Below are positions 48,906-60,798 of a DNA stretch of 64,000 bases, piece after piece. Made by a program: the position numbers and the translations under genes. Location: positions 109,616 to 173,615 of the forward strand of contig CDMY01000189.1 in NCBI GenBank assembly GCA_001179505.1. Direction: 5' to 3'. The notes beneath the pieces are model-generated. The model had not been told where the DNA came from and searched no databases. It was given only the letters and a program-made list of their open reading frames with translations. Numbering within the stretch: position 1 is the first letter of the stretch; every line of letters begins with the position of its first letter. Source of the stretch: Vitrella brassicaformis CCMP3155 (taxonomy: Eukaryota > Protista > Chromerida).

Positions 48906-49498
48906 TGAGCTCAGCTGTGCCGACGAATTCATTGGAAGGATGCAATGGACATGTGTCCACTGATCGAATGGATGGATGGATGGATGGGGGGAGGAAGAAA
49001 GAGGTCCAAAACTGTCTGTCCTGTCACACAACACACAAATCACGAAACATGGCCCATCCATCCATCCATCCTTGACACAATCGTCCGTCCGTCACTGCTC
49101 GCCAGGAAGAAATGGTGCGCTGACTTGGCTAACTGACTGAGTGAGAAAGCAACCAACACCCAACAATACAATGCGGTCAGCAATCAGCAAGCATGTGACG
49201 TGACGTCTACGGACGTCTCCACACCCACGGTGTACACAGTAGCTGGACACACATGCGTACGCACAAATACTCTCTCTACAGCGGCGCCAACCATTCATCC
49301 ATGGTACACACAAATGCGCCGCGCCCATCCCGCCTTGCCCTGCCCCACCAGCGGACAGGCATGCAGCCGAGAAAACCAGTTCTCTCTCACCATCCCTCCC
49401 TCCATCCCTTTACCCTACAGGCGATGATACCAACCGACTACACCGAGCCAACAAAGATCCTTACTGCAACCACACAAGACACCGAAACCGAATGCCAC

Positions 49499-52046
49499 TC
49501 ACTCCTTCTCTCTCTCCTTGTCCTTCTCCCTCTGTGTGCGGGGCGGCGTGCTGAGCTCGGTCGTCCTCTCAAGATAATCCCGCCCCAGAGCCGTTAGCCG
49601 ATATCTGACCCCGCCTGCGCCAGGGGGCACGCCCCCGTCGCCCACAGGCGGCCACGACGAGAGCGGGACGGGGAGGGTGGCACCGGTGGCGCTGGTGTGG
49701 TTCTTCGGCGAAGGCGAGGCCACCCGGCCCGACCCCCGATGCTGTGGGGAGGGGGAGGCAAGGGAGAAGTCGTATGGCGTGGAGGGGGGCGAGCCTGCCG
49801 CTGTGGCGTGGGTGCTCGGCGTGCCCACATGCATCCTCTCGATGAACTTGAGCGACCTGCATAGCCACCAAGTGGGGGCGTGTGTGTGTCCATGTGTGGA
49901 TTCATGGTGTTGGTTGTGGATTTGATTCAGCTGACTTGAGGTCGTTGAGTATCCGTTGGAGGCTCTCGCCGTCGAGTTCGGGGAGCACCCCCGCCTCCAC
50001 CTGCCGCTCGAGCTCCACCGACTCGACGCCGCTGACGTCGCGGCTTGTTGGCTCGGAAGGGCAGTTGCTCTTGATCAACCCCATCACCTTGATGCGCTCC
50101 TTACGGTTCCTTGGCCTGCAGACACACACACACACAGAGACATGCACAGACGTGTGTGTGAGTGACGTACCTGAATCTGAATCTCGGTTCGCGGCACTGT
50201 TGGCAGCGTGCGACGAGCGGCGGGTTGTACTGGAAGCCGCACGCCCGACAGGCCCAGTTTTCCCGCAAGTGCGGCGGGGTGTCTGACGGCGGCATCTCCT
50301 TCTGGAATAGCAGCGGGCACCTCTCGAGTATCTCGTCGCAGTCGGACGTGGTGAACGTCACTATCGAAAACGTCGGCGACTCCTCCTGAACACACAACCC
50401 CTCAACGCTTACACGAGGCTGTCTCTCTCTCTCTCTCTCTGTACGTGTGTGTGTGTCGTCTTGCCTGAAGTTTCTTGAGCCATTCGTCGCACACGCCACT
50501 GAAGTTTTTTGGCCACAGACACACACACATGGATGGATGGATGGATGGATGGATGGGACCAGCCGGACCATGGAGCGATGGGGTTGAGCTCGTCCTTGGG
50601 ATCCACCACGGCAATGGCGCGGAAATCGCTCCGCCGCACTGTCAGCGAGTTGGAGATGCACGCCGATATCGCCGCACGCTCCGCACAGTTGGACCCTGCG
50701 CAGACAGACAGACAGACAGACAGACAGAGACGGCGGCATCCACACATGTCTTTTGGCAATGGTGTGTGTGTCGTCGATTGGTGAGGTATCTGACGGGCAT
50801 ACCTGAGGGCAGGGAGATCTCGGAGTTCATGCCCCTGTAGAATCGCTCCTGGCCGTTCTTGTCGACGACCATGACCACCGCCAGGACGATCTTGCTCGAC
50901 TTGCGGTGCCAGAAAGAGTCCATCTGGCCCTCCAGCGACTTCCACTCATTCACGTAACGACGCGCCTCGTCCACTATCCTGATTGATCGATCCATCAACA
51001 CACACACACACACACACATCAGAAACCTCTTTCTTCGGGGGGTTTTCGCGCTTCACTCACTCAGTGACTAACCGTTTGAGCGGTTCCCTCGGGTCGACCT
51101 CGCTATAGAGCCGCAGACGTGTGTACTCCTGCGTCACCAGCCACCGGTTGCTGCCCGCCAGCAGCCCAGGAGGGGGGGTGGTGGCTGTGCCCCCAGTGGC
51201 CGACCGGCCGCTGTTCTCCCTGTCCAGATTCAGAAACGCCATATCGCTCGCCGGCGGCTGATCGGCCTCCAGCTTGGGCGTGTTGGCATGACTCCCCGGC
51301 CGCGACGACCGAGCCCTCCTCGACGACCGCTTTCGTGACGGTGATTCCAGCTGGTTCCTGCCCGAGTGATAGGGGTAGCTGCTGCTGGCGGTGCTGGGTG
51401 GCGCTGACTCGCAGTAGGGCACCGGCGATGACTGGTTGCTGTCGATTGCTGGTGTGGTGATGGTGACGTACGCTGGCGACGAGGGCCGGTAGGGAGGGGA
51501 GGGGGAGGGGCAGGGGGAGGGGGCGGGAGGGAATTGGACATGGTGAGGGTTGGGGCCATTGACCGAGGCCGCAGCGACAGCAGAGTTGCGCACGGCCTCA
51601 ACCGCATCGGCAAGTTGTGGGCTCAGTCGCGATGGCTCCTCGTAGAAGGTGTGTATCGGAAGACGCCCATTGGACTTGGCCGCAGTAATAGGCGGGACGA
51701 AGTCGCCGCTCGAGTGATTTCTCCTGACGCCCTTATTCGGCCCCCCTCTCTCTCTTCGCCCCATTGGCCGCACCGCCGACCCAGCTGACGGGGGGGACAC
51801 ACCAGACACCCCATTGATGCTGCTCATGACGCGAAGCCAACACCCAGAAGTGGACGAGAGGGCCGCAGCACGAGCAAACTTTTTGCCTCGGTCCGCACAG
51901 ACACCGGAGGCTTCTTGGGTTGTTGTTGTCGATGTGCTGTAGCAGGAGAGCCGTGTTTTGAAGGAGGAGTGGCTCGGCACGAGTGGTTGGAGCCGCTTGC
52001 TGATGACGAATCGGGTGTGGCGTGCAAGGGCCGGTCCGGGTGGCAT
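49499..52046 (-). CDS. Cytidine-deaminase-fold protein with a RanBP2-type zinc finger and a winged-helix-like C-terminus
   Basis: Exons 52046(or 51827)-51061, 50978-50803, 50695-50569, 50498-50465, 50385-50171, 50115-49936 and 49856-49499 splice in frame. They give GMNSEISLPSGSNCAERAAI...PIAPCGVCDEWLKKL, WACRACGFQYNPPLVARCQQC and LQRILNDLKSLKFIER...YRLTALGRDYL. Confidence 0.8.
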
Positions 52047-52304
52047 CCGCGGGCCGTCAGCTGCAGCGGACCACCCAATGGCATCTCATTGGCGGTGTGA
52101 CGAGACGCTCTCAGCTCCAATTGCTTCTGCTTCCATTGACCACCGCTGCCTGCTGAAGGCATAGAGATTCATCGCTTCCTGCGTCTTTGCTTCGATTCTT
52201 TCGAACTTCGAACCAGCAGGAGCGGTTTCATGGAGCACCCTAACACAGACCTTTGCGAGCTCAAGGAAGGGAGAGGGTGGAAAGGGGCATTTTCCGCCAT
52301 CGAA

Positions 52305-52990
52305 ATGAGGCGCACATGCGGTCTTGTTAGCCGACTATCCATTGCTGTGGCTCGCCGCCGGCCTCCCTTCATCGCCAGTGCTCAACGGTGCAAGAGCAGC
52401 ATCGTGCCACGAGGAGACCAAGACCGCAGCAGCCTCGATGACAATGCCGTCGCCCCGCCTGCGTCTGCAGCCGACGATCCCCTCCCAGTGCCATCAACAA
52501 GAGAAAGTGGCGGCGAAGTGTCTGTGAAGCCGACAGCCACAGAGTCTGACTCATCGCTCACGGCAGATGCTGACAGTGGTGGTGGCCTGGTGATCCCTCG
52601 CAGCTGGCTGGACGTGCTGAGCGAGAAGCGGCGCAGGCTGCGGCCGCAGAGGGAGACCAGGGTGGCGATGATGGCCGCCACGATGCCGGTGCAGCGGGCT
52701 GTAGAGGAAGATCTGGATAGCTCTGGCAGGGAGGCCCTGCCGTGGCAGGCCTATGTGGCCCCGCTGATGGTGGGATGGTTCTTTCTCTGTTTCTGTGGCA
52801 TGGGCGTGTTCGCGCTGGCGAGATGGTCAGCCAGACACACGGACAGAATGAATGAAAGACGGAAGGCAAACAGCACCCACGACATATCTCTCTCCCTCTG
52901 TGTGTGTGTGTGTGTGTGCGTGTGTGTAGGTTTGATCCCGGGTATGTGGCTGCCATGAACTTGAAGGCACTGCGCACCCCTACCATATGA
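52305..52990 (+). CDS. Hypothetical single-TM protein, probably mitochondrial
   Basis: R-rich leader MRRTCGLVSRLSIAVARRR and TM YVAPLMVGWFFLCFCGMGVFALA. The likely last exon is FDPGYVAAMNLKALRTPTI*. Confidence 0.55.
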
Positions 52991-54108
52991 GCCCATTGTC
53001 TGGCTGAGCCAGCCAGCGACCATCCATCCATCGATCCACCGGTCGGCCGTGTGCAGTGAGAGGGGAAGGGTGCTTCTTGGTCGTCTTTGTCGATGGTGAG
53101 TGGGCTGTCATCAGGGAGAAAGCCTTAAGGCCGGGCGTGAGAGATGGATGGATGGATGGATGATGGATGGTCGTGTGTGCTGGGACCGATGGAGGGATCA
53201 ATCAATCAATCGATCAATCGATCGCGTTAATTTATTTACACACGAAGGGGATACATCAGACAGACACGTACGAACACGGAGGAGTGAGTCAGTCAGTCAG
53301 TCAGCCAGTCAGTGAGTGACAAATAAAGCAACAAAACACACACATGCTCATCTTTATATATCCATCAAGGAAGGTGTAGAGATCCAGAGTGCCATAAATA
53401 CACGTAGCCAAGGGGAGGGAGTGAGGGGAGGGAGGGAGGCAGAAAGACCGACACACCGAGCAGAAAAGCCATGCCAGCCAAGGGAGAGGGACAAAAGTCA
53501 CTCAGTCACTCACGGCCGGGATGGATGGATGCATGGATGGATGGATGCATCCGCCCGGCCAGCTGATAAGGACAAATAGGTGTCTTAAGAAGACGGGCGA
53601 TTGACAGCAAGCCCCAACCAAGTAGTAGGCAATTACAAAACATACCGACAGACAGACAGACAGACAGACGGACAGACGGACGGACGGACGGACAGACACG
53701 CACACACCATCCAGCCATGCCCGACGGCCCTCTGTGTGTGTCCTGTCGGTTCTGTGTGGTCAGCGTCGGCATGCAAGGTCGGACACGGCACGCGCGATTT
53801 GCGGCGGCGTGTCTGACGTTGCACGCGAGTACCCCACACACAGCCGACAGGACACATGGGCCCCGTACTCGCCCAGCGCACCACACGACAGCCACTCCGT
53901 CCTCTCTCCCTCGCGCCCTTGAGATATGAGATCGTACAAAACCTCCCATCCCATCCACCACACACACTCACTATATATGAGCACACCATGCATTTTACCC
54001 ATGCGATGCGTCATTCAGGCATCAGAAAGCGACAAAACTACCGACCGCAACCACTCCACTCTCTCCCCTTCCCCCATCGATGGCATCCCCTCTGTCTGTC
54101 TACGTCAG

Positions 54109-57100
54109 TCATGTGAGCTCCAGCACACAGGTCTCGTCCCAGTAGGGCTCGTTGGTGCTGTGTTTGGTCTTGCTCCGGTAGTAGCGGAAGAACCGCTTTA
54201 CGTCCGTCAGACGCAGCCACACCTCCGCATAGGGATCAATCCCCACAGGGCCATCCGCTGATGACAATGACGGGCCCTGTGGTCTACGCAGACCCTGCGC
54301 ACGGAGCAGCTGCATTGCAACACACACAGACCGACACACAGAGAGAGAGAGGCGGTGGGGGTGGAGGGCAGGGGGGAAGGTTGTGGGCACCTACTTGTAT
54401 GTGTAGTTGAGGGTTGCCTCTCGGTCCGTCCTTGACGTCAAGGACCACTTCCAGGTTGCCCGTCACCCTCGGCACCCCCTCCCCTCCCTCCCCCATCCCC
54501 CGCTTCGCCCGCTGCGTCACGCTACTCAACGTCGGCTGCATCAGGGGCATGTCCAGCAACCCACCCACACAGTCGCCCTGCCGCATGTCGCGCAAACTCG
54601 GCAGCCAGCACTCACCCAGGAACTGATCGGGCCGCTTGGCCACGCCGCCCCAGATCTCGATGAGGATGCGTGTGGAGGCCGTGACCGTCACGGAGAGGCC
54701 ACTGCCGCTGCCGCAGCGCATTCCGGGGCTGCCGACAGCCGAGCCCGAGCCGGACATTGCTGCGGAGATGGGAGAGGGAAGGGAATGCAGCCGGGGGACA
54801 CGCGCGCTGTGCGTCATGTTGATGCTCATGAAGGACGGGGGCGCTTCCTGCTGCTGCTGCTGCTGCTGATCGTCGTTGTGATGGTGCCATTGCTGCTGCA
54901 GGGTGATGTGTGCGGGAGCTGGGGGCGAGGGCGTCTTGTTGTTGGTCATGTGGTGGTGATGATGGGGTGGGGGCGTTGCTGCAGGATGGTTGGGAGGGCT
55001 GAGCGAGGCACGCTCGTGATCATGGTCGTCCTCATCGACGGGCGGCAGCAGCGGGGCGTGGTGCGGGTGAGGCAGCCCCCTGGTCTCCTCCACACCATTA
55101 TTATCAATGTCCACAACTTGCCCGCCCAGGAAGCTCTCCCTCTCGGCAGGCGGCTCCGCATACGCATACACCTCCTTCTGCATCACTCGAGGCCGATCTC
55201 TCGGCGCCTCTCTGACCCTCCCCCCACCCCCACCACCACCAGCCCCACCCCCTCCAGCCCCCAGCCACACCTCCGTCTCCTGGCTCTCGCTCGCCGTCGG
55301 CCGCACGGCCGTCGATGCGATATCCGCAGGGCTCTCTGACCCCTCTATGTAGCTGTCGTCTCCCAGGGGCGGCATGGCGCGCCCACCGCCCAGCCGCGGG
55401 CCCTCCACGGCCGCCATGCCCATCACCTCGGTGATCGAGAGCTTCGGGACCGGCGTCGGCCGCTCGCGAATGTGCGCCTGCTTGAGGGAGATGGGCGTGG
55501 TGGATGGGGAGGTGCTCCGCTGCTGCTGCTTCTGGGTGGGAGATGGCGACGACGATGCCCATGAGTGGACGATTTGGTTGTTGGAGTGGGGGTCGATCTG
55601 GGAGGGGAGGAATGGCGGGGCGGGGAGAGAGGTGAGGACGGCACGGTTCGCCCACGTGAAGTGCTGCAGCATGTCGAAGGCACGACTGGTGGCGCGACGC
55701 AACACACCGCCGAGGCAGCAGCGGAGCAAAGAGGCCGCGGCGAACCTGACACAGAGAGAGAACGAGGTGTGTGGGGGGAGGGGAGGGGCGAGGTTGGGTG
55801 CTTGGCTTGGTGGATGCGTGTGTGTGTGTCTGCTCTGCTTACTTCCTGTCCTTTCTGTGTCTCTTGTCAGCGAGTCTGTGTCCCTTGCTGCTGGCGAGGA
55901 GCCGGAGGCCGTACCACAGCTTCTCCTCACACCCTATCGCCAACTTGCTCCCCTCTATCACGCCAACACGCTCAGGCCACGTCGCACTGCTGCTCCCAAT
56001 AGACCTGCGTCCAATCCATGGCATGGCCACACAAACGAACAGCCACCCACCCACACCCACAGGCATGATGCGTGTCAAGCCATCCAAGCAAGGGGTGGGT
56101 CTGCAGACGCACCCAGTGGTGTTGAAGGGTTGGAAGAACGAGTTGACGGCGTCATCGATCTCGTTGTCGTATTGTGCGACGGAGCGCCAGTGCAGGGTGG
56201 ACTCGCCGCGGATGTGCCGGCCATACGAGCGGAGGGACGCCTCCAGACGAACCACACCCATCTCGTGCTGTCCATTCATTCATCAAGGCGCACCCCCCAC
56301 CCCCCCCCCCACNNNNNNNNNNNNNNNNNNNNNNNNNNNNNNNNNNNNNNNNNNNNNNNNNNNNNNNNNNNNNNNNNNNNNNNNNNNNNNNNNNNNNNNN
56401 NNNNNNNNNNNNNNNNNNNNNNNNNNNNNNNNNNNNNNNNNNNNNNNNNNNNNNNNNNNNNNNNNNNNNNNNNNNNNNNNNNNNNNNNNNNNNNNNNNNN
56501 NNNNNNNNNNNNNNNNNNNNNNNNNNNNNNNNNNNNNNNNNNNNNNNNNNNNNNNNNNNNNNNNNNNNNNNNNNNNNNNNNNNNNNNNNNNNNNNNNNNN
56601 NNNNNNNNNNNNCCCCCCCCCCCACACAGAGAGAGAGAGAGAGAGAGAGAGCTTGTTGTTGACTCTTCCTTTCTATCTCTGTGTGTGTGTGTGTGTCGGT
56701 GGCCCTCAGGGCTTACGCGGAGTCTTTTGAGCTGTTTGATGTGTTCCATCTTGGCTACGTTGATTTTGTGTGTGACCTGCTGCCGCTGGGCGTCGAGCTT
56801 GGACGAGTACCACCGCTCGATGTCGTGCAGAGGCACAGGCGTCCCAGTCGACGACACACGATGGCTCTGATGCACACACACACACACACACACACACGTG
56901 GGTCTGGGAGTCAGAGGGGGGTGGACATGGGGCACCTTCCTCTTGTCAGCCCATTCGGCGATGAGCAGCTCCTCCGACTTGGCGCCGTCGCTCTCGATCT
57001 GCCTCAGCTCGTACCGCAGGCCAGCCAACACGCGCTCATACCTCTGCTGCAGCCGATGCAGCCGCGCCTGGCACTTCCACTTGACGAAGACCTCCCACAG

Positions 57101-59082
57101 GAGCTCCGCCCGCACACGCACCACAGCCATCCACACACGCTTGGCCGCCGTCCGGAGGTAGAGCTCCAGCACGTATGACGCAGGGTGAGGCTTCGGCGGC
57201 ACATTCTCATACCCAGGAATCTGCGGCACATTGCCACTGCTGCCTGGCGGCCATCCGGGGGGAGGGTGGATGGACCCTGCTGACGAAGGTGGCGGCTGCA
57301 GTGGTACGAGAGACAGAGCGGAGGGAGGGGGCGCAGCTGGGAGGGGGAAGGGGGTGGGGGCTCCCGCTGCAGCAGCAGCAGCGGCTGCTGCTGCTGCTGG
57401 GTGGATGCCGGCATGAATAGGGGGCGACGGCGCGAGGGACGGCAGCGACGTGACGCGGTACATCGATGCGTGAGCATGACCATGACCCGGGGGCGGGAAC
57501 ACACGCGGCATCGGAGCCTGGCCTGTCGACGAAAGAGGCGATGGAATAGGCACGGGACCGTTCGCTACCATCGCACCTCCAGCATAGCCGACCCCCCCAC
57601 CAGCACCACCAGGGGCATTGTCGACCGGCTTGCCGCCTCGCCTCTGCTTGGCCTTCCCAACACCACCACCACCACCACCCCTCATGCGCTCACTCTGCCC
57701 CCGTTCAGAGAGGATGGTTGTCGCCGGTGGGTCCAGCCGAGCCGCGCCGGGCACAGAGAGCGGCGAAGGGGGTAGGTCGATTGGAGGGGGCTCGCCGCGG
57801 TGCCGCCCCCCTCGAAACATGACGCGCATCGGCTCGTGATCATGATCATGGTCATGGTCGAGATCGTGGTCAGCAGAAGCGGACCGGCCGGAGGCGTCAG
57901 GTGAGCTCCCCATGAATGCGTTGGCCATGTCGTTCTGGAAGGTGACGTCTAGGCGAGACGACGGCCGGCGAAGCTGGCTGAAGCGGAGATTGGCCTCGGC
58001 GGCAGATGAAGAGGACGGGGAAGGGTCCATGCCAGGGATTATGGGAATGGGTGGCGGGGGTGGTGCTGCCTGCTGGTGGTGGTGGTGGTGATGGTGGCCA
58101 CTGCGGTGTGAGTTGGTGTTGGTGAAGCCCCGGTCGGTCGACTTGAGGTCGCCCGGCATGTCGTCGGACATGCTGCCCGCCATGTCGAGGCTGCTCTGCT
58201 GCACCAACAGGTAGTCGCCATTCCGCCCCTGCTGCCCATACGCCCTGAACGGCCGACGAAACGTGTCACGACTCAACGGCGAATCGCCTAACCAACCAAC
58301 ATACAAACACACAAAGACCAACTTCTGCCATCCATCCATTCATTCTGCCGCTCTCTGACAAGGCAGGCAGGCAGGGACTCACCCGATGTCCCCGAGCTGC
58401 TTTGAGGGTCCCGTGGCGGCTGCTGGTCCTCCGGCAGAGACATCGGCGAGCCGAAGGACTGGTACCCCCCTCCCTGCCCGTTGGCCAGCCTATGGTTGAC
58501 GCCTCCCCTCACCGCCCGACGATTCGAGAGCGAAGAGTACTGTGGCCGGCCTGGAGCCGACTGCGATGCGACAGACGCGGGTGGGGGGGAGGGCCCGTCG
58601 CTGCTGGCAGCAGAGTGCAGGTAGCGGGAAGTGGCGGACGCGATCCGGTTGTCCGATACGTTGACCACCGGCGCCCCTCCCCCTCCCCCACCACCGCGTG
58701 AATGGCTGCCGTGGTTGTGAGGGGTGGCCTGCACCTCACTCGGGGACTCATTCTCGCGAGGGTACTGAAACACACACAGCAGTCCAGTGCAAGGCACACA
58801 CAGTGTCACGCGACCGACATCATGATGGATGGCATTGCAGCTCGTTCGTCGTTGCAGGTAAGGCGTTCGAGAGCATTGATTTCGCTTACGTCTGCGCTAA
58901 GGCGCTGCAGGTTGCGCTGTGTGGTCGCCAGGCGAAGGCGCAGAGACTGCAGCAACACAGGAAAACGTCACGTCATCCATTGATGAGATGCATCGCATGA
59001 AGTGGAGTGGTGCTCCGCTGACCTCGAGAAAGTCGCTTCCCTGAGTCCCGTCTTGCTGCTGACCACCCTCCTGGTGGTCCAT
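54109..59082 (-). CDS. C2-domain-containing protein with coiled-coil and low-complexity regions
   Basis: C2-like segments ILIEIWGGVAKRPDQFLGECWL...GNLEVVL and IDPYAEVWL...RSKTKHSTNEPYWDETCVLEL. Probable start MDHQEGG at 59082. Spans the N gap at 56313-56612. Confidence 0.7.
56313..56612. other. Assembly gap (300 N)
   Basis: Run of N between poly-C flanks. Confidence 1.
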
Positions 59083-59418
59083 CGGCCTCCACAAACAGCC
59101 CCAAAACCATCAAAACCGCGACCTCATCAATCGCAGCTGCGAGCTTGGCAGTTCTCATCAGCGGTTTCGAGAAGAGGTGGGACCATGAGGCAAAAGATGA
59201 GCGTCAGTGAGCGTACAGCGGTGATTCAGGAAGAGATCTGATCCACGAGCAAGGCAAGGTAGAGGAACGACATGCGGGAGGGACCAGTTCTGACCACACC
59301 GGTTGCTCTCTATGGCTTTGACTGACTGGCGCTGTTGTTGTCATTGCTGCTTGTGCAGGCACACGAGGCGGATCAGGCCGTTTGTTTGCATCAGCCGTTT
59401 CCCTTCCCCACAGCGGGC

Positions 59419-59775
59419 ATGATTGCCTTTGACGAGATACTCAAAGGCCGCGGCGGCATTAGCAGCCTGCTTCCCACCCCCTTTGCCACACGCCTCACCA
59501 CAGCCGCCGCCACCACATCCACTCATGACGCAGATCAGCCAGGTGAGCCTCAGCCTGCGGCTGCACCCGAGCGTGTGAAGCCGCCGGTGGGTCTGCGGGA
59601 GCTGGTGAGGCAGAAGTACGCCGAGGCGGTCAACGCGGCCGGTATGCTGGCGACGCTCAACAGGGAGAAGAAGAGGCTCGACGTGCGCAGCGTCACTGGC
59701 GAAATGGTCAGAGCCGCGCTCAAGAACAAGACCAAACTCAACACGCCTCAGTAAGTGACGGAGATGACGCCAACG

Positions 59776-59830
<55 letters not shown>

Positions 59831-60254
59831 GCGGAAACGCCCTGAATGTGTGTGCGTGGTTGGGTCACACAGGTTCCACTGTGCGTGGTGCGAGTATCTC
59901 ATGTCGGTGTCTGAGAACGTCGCGGTGCAGCTCTTCGTTGCGACGTGGAACGAAGACCCGTTCCGTCTGCTCAACAATGACGAGGAGTGGGACAAACTGG
60001 ACCGCGAGAGGAGCCTCTTGTCCGGCATGATCCGCCGGGCGGCCAAGGAGGAGTGGGCCCGCCTCAGCGACGCGGAGCAGCGGGATGTGCGCGTGTATCG
60101 GATCCTCGAGACAGATCGGGTGCTCTATGCACTGCTGATGATGAAGCTGAGCAGCCGGGCAAAGCTCAGGGTGGTGGGGAGCGATGAGGACAACGAGAAG
60201 GGGGAGAAGGAGGGGGAGGGGGAGGGGGAGGGAGGAGGGCCGCCGAAAGATTAG
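59419..60254 (+). CDS. Hypothetical helical protein
   Basis: Two spliced exons (MIAFDEILKG...LNTPQ | FHCAWCEYLMSV...GPPKD*). An upstream exon is possible because an acceptor-like cacag precedes the ATG. Confidence 0.55.
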
Positions 60255-60798
60255 CGGGACTGACTGTGCGCAAGCCTACTTGTTTTTTCCCTTTTTGCCG
60301 AGGAGAAGGAGCGCCTGCTGATTTGATTGGCTGTGTACAGAGGACCGTTTGGGGGAGGAGGGAGGGCTGCATTGCATTGCGTTGCGTTGCGTTGCACTGC
60401 ATGGCCTGATTGGCTGTGTATGTGGCGAATGTCGTCAGTGAGTGAGGAGAGTTGGGTGAGCGCATTGGCCGGCCTGTTGTCTGCCTGCCCGCGCCTTCTT
60501 GCCCCTCTGTCTGAGCGTCCCTCTCGAGATATACACATACATACATACATGTGCGATTAACCGGATTGGTGACATACATTCTTACGCGATTGTCGGTCGA
60601 CGAGAGAGTGTTGCCGACTCGTGACGCAAGCAACGTGTATTGACACAACCGTGGACGCAAGCCTCCGTTGTTTGTGTGAATGAATGGTCCGGTCCCTCCC
60701 ACACGACAAAAACATACAGACATCTGGCATACATGCATCAAAATGTCCATCCATCGCTCGGCCGAGTATGCGCTGTAGTGCCTCCCTTCCCTCCCTCT

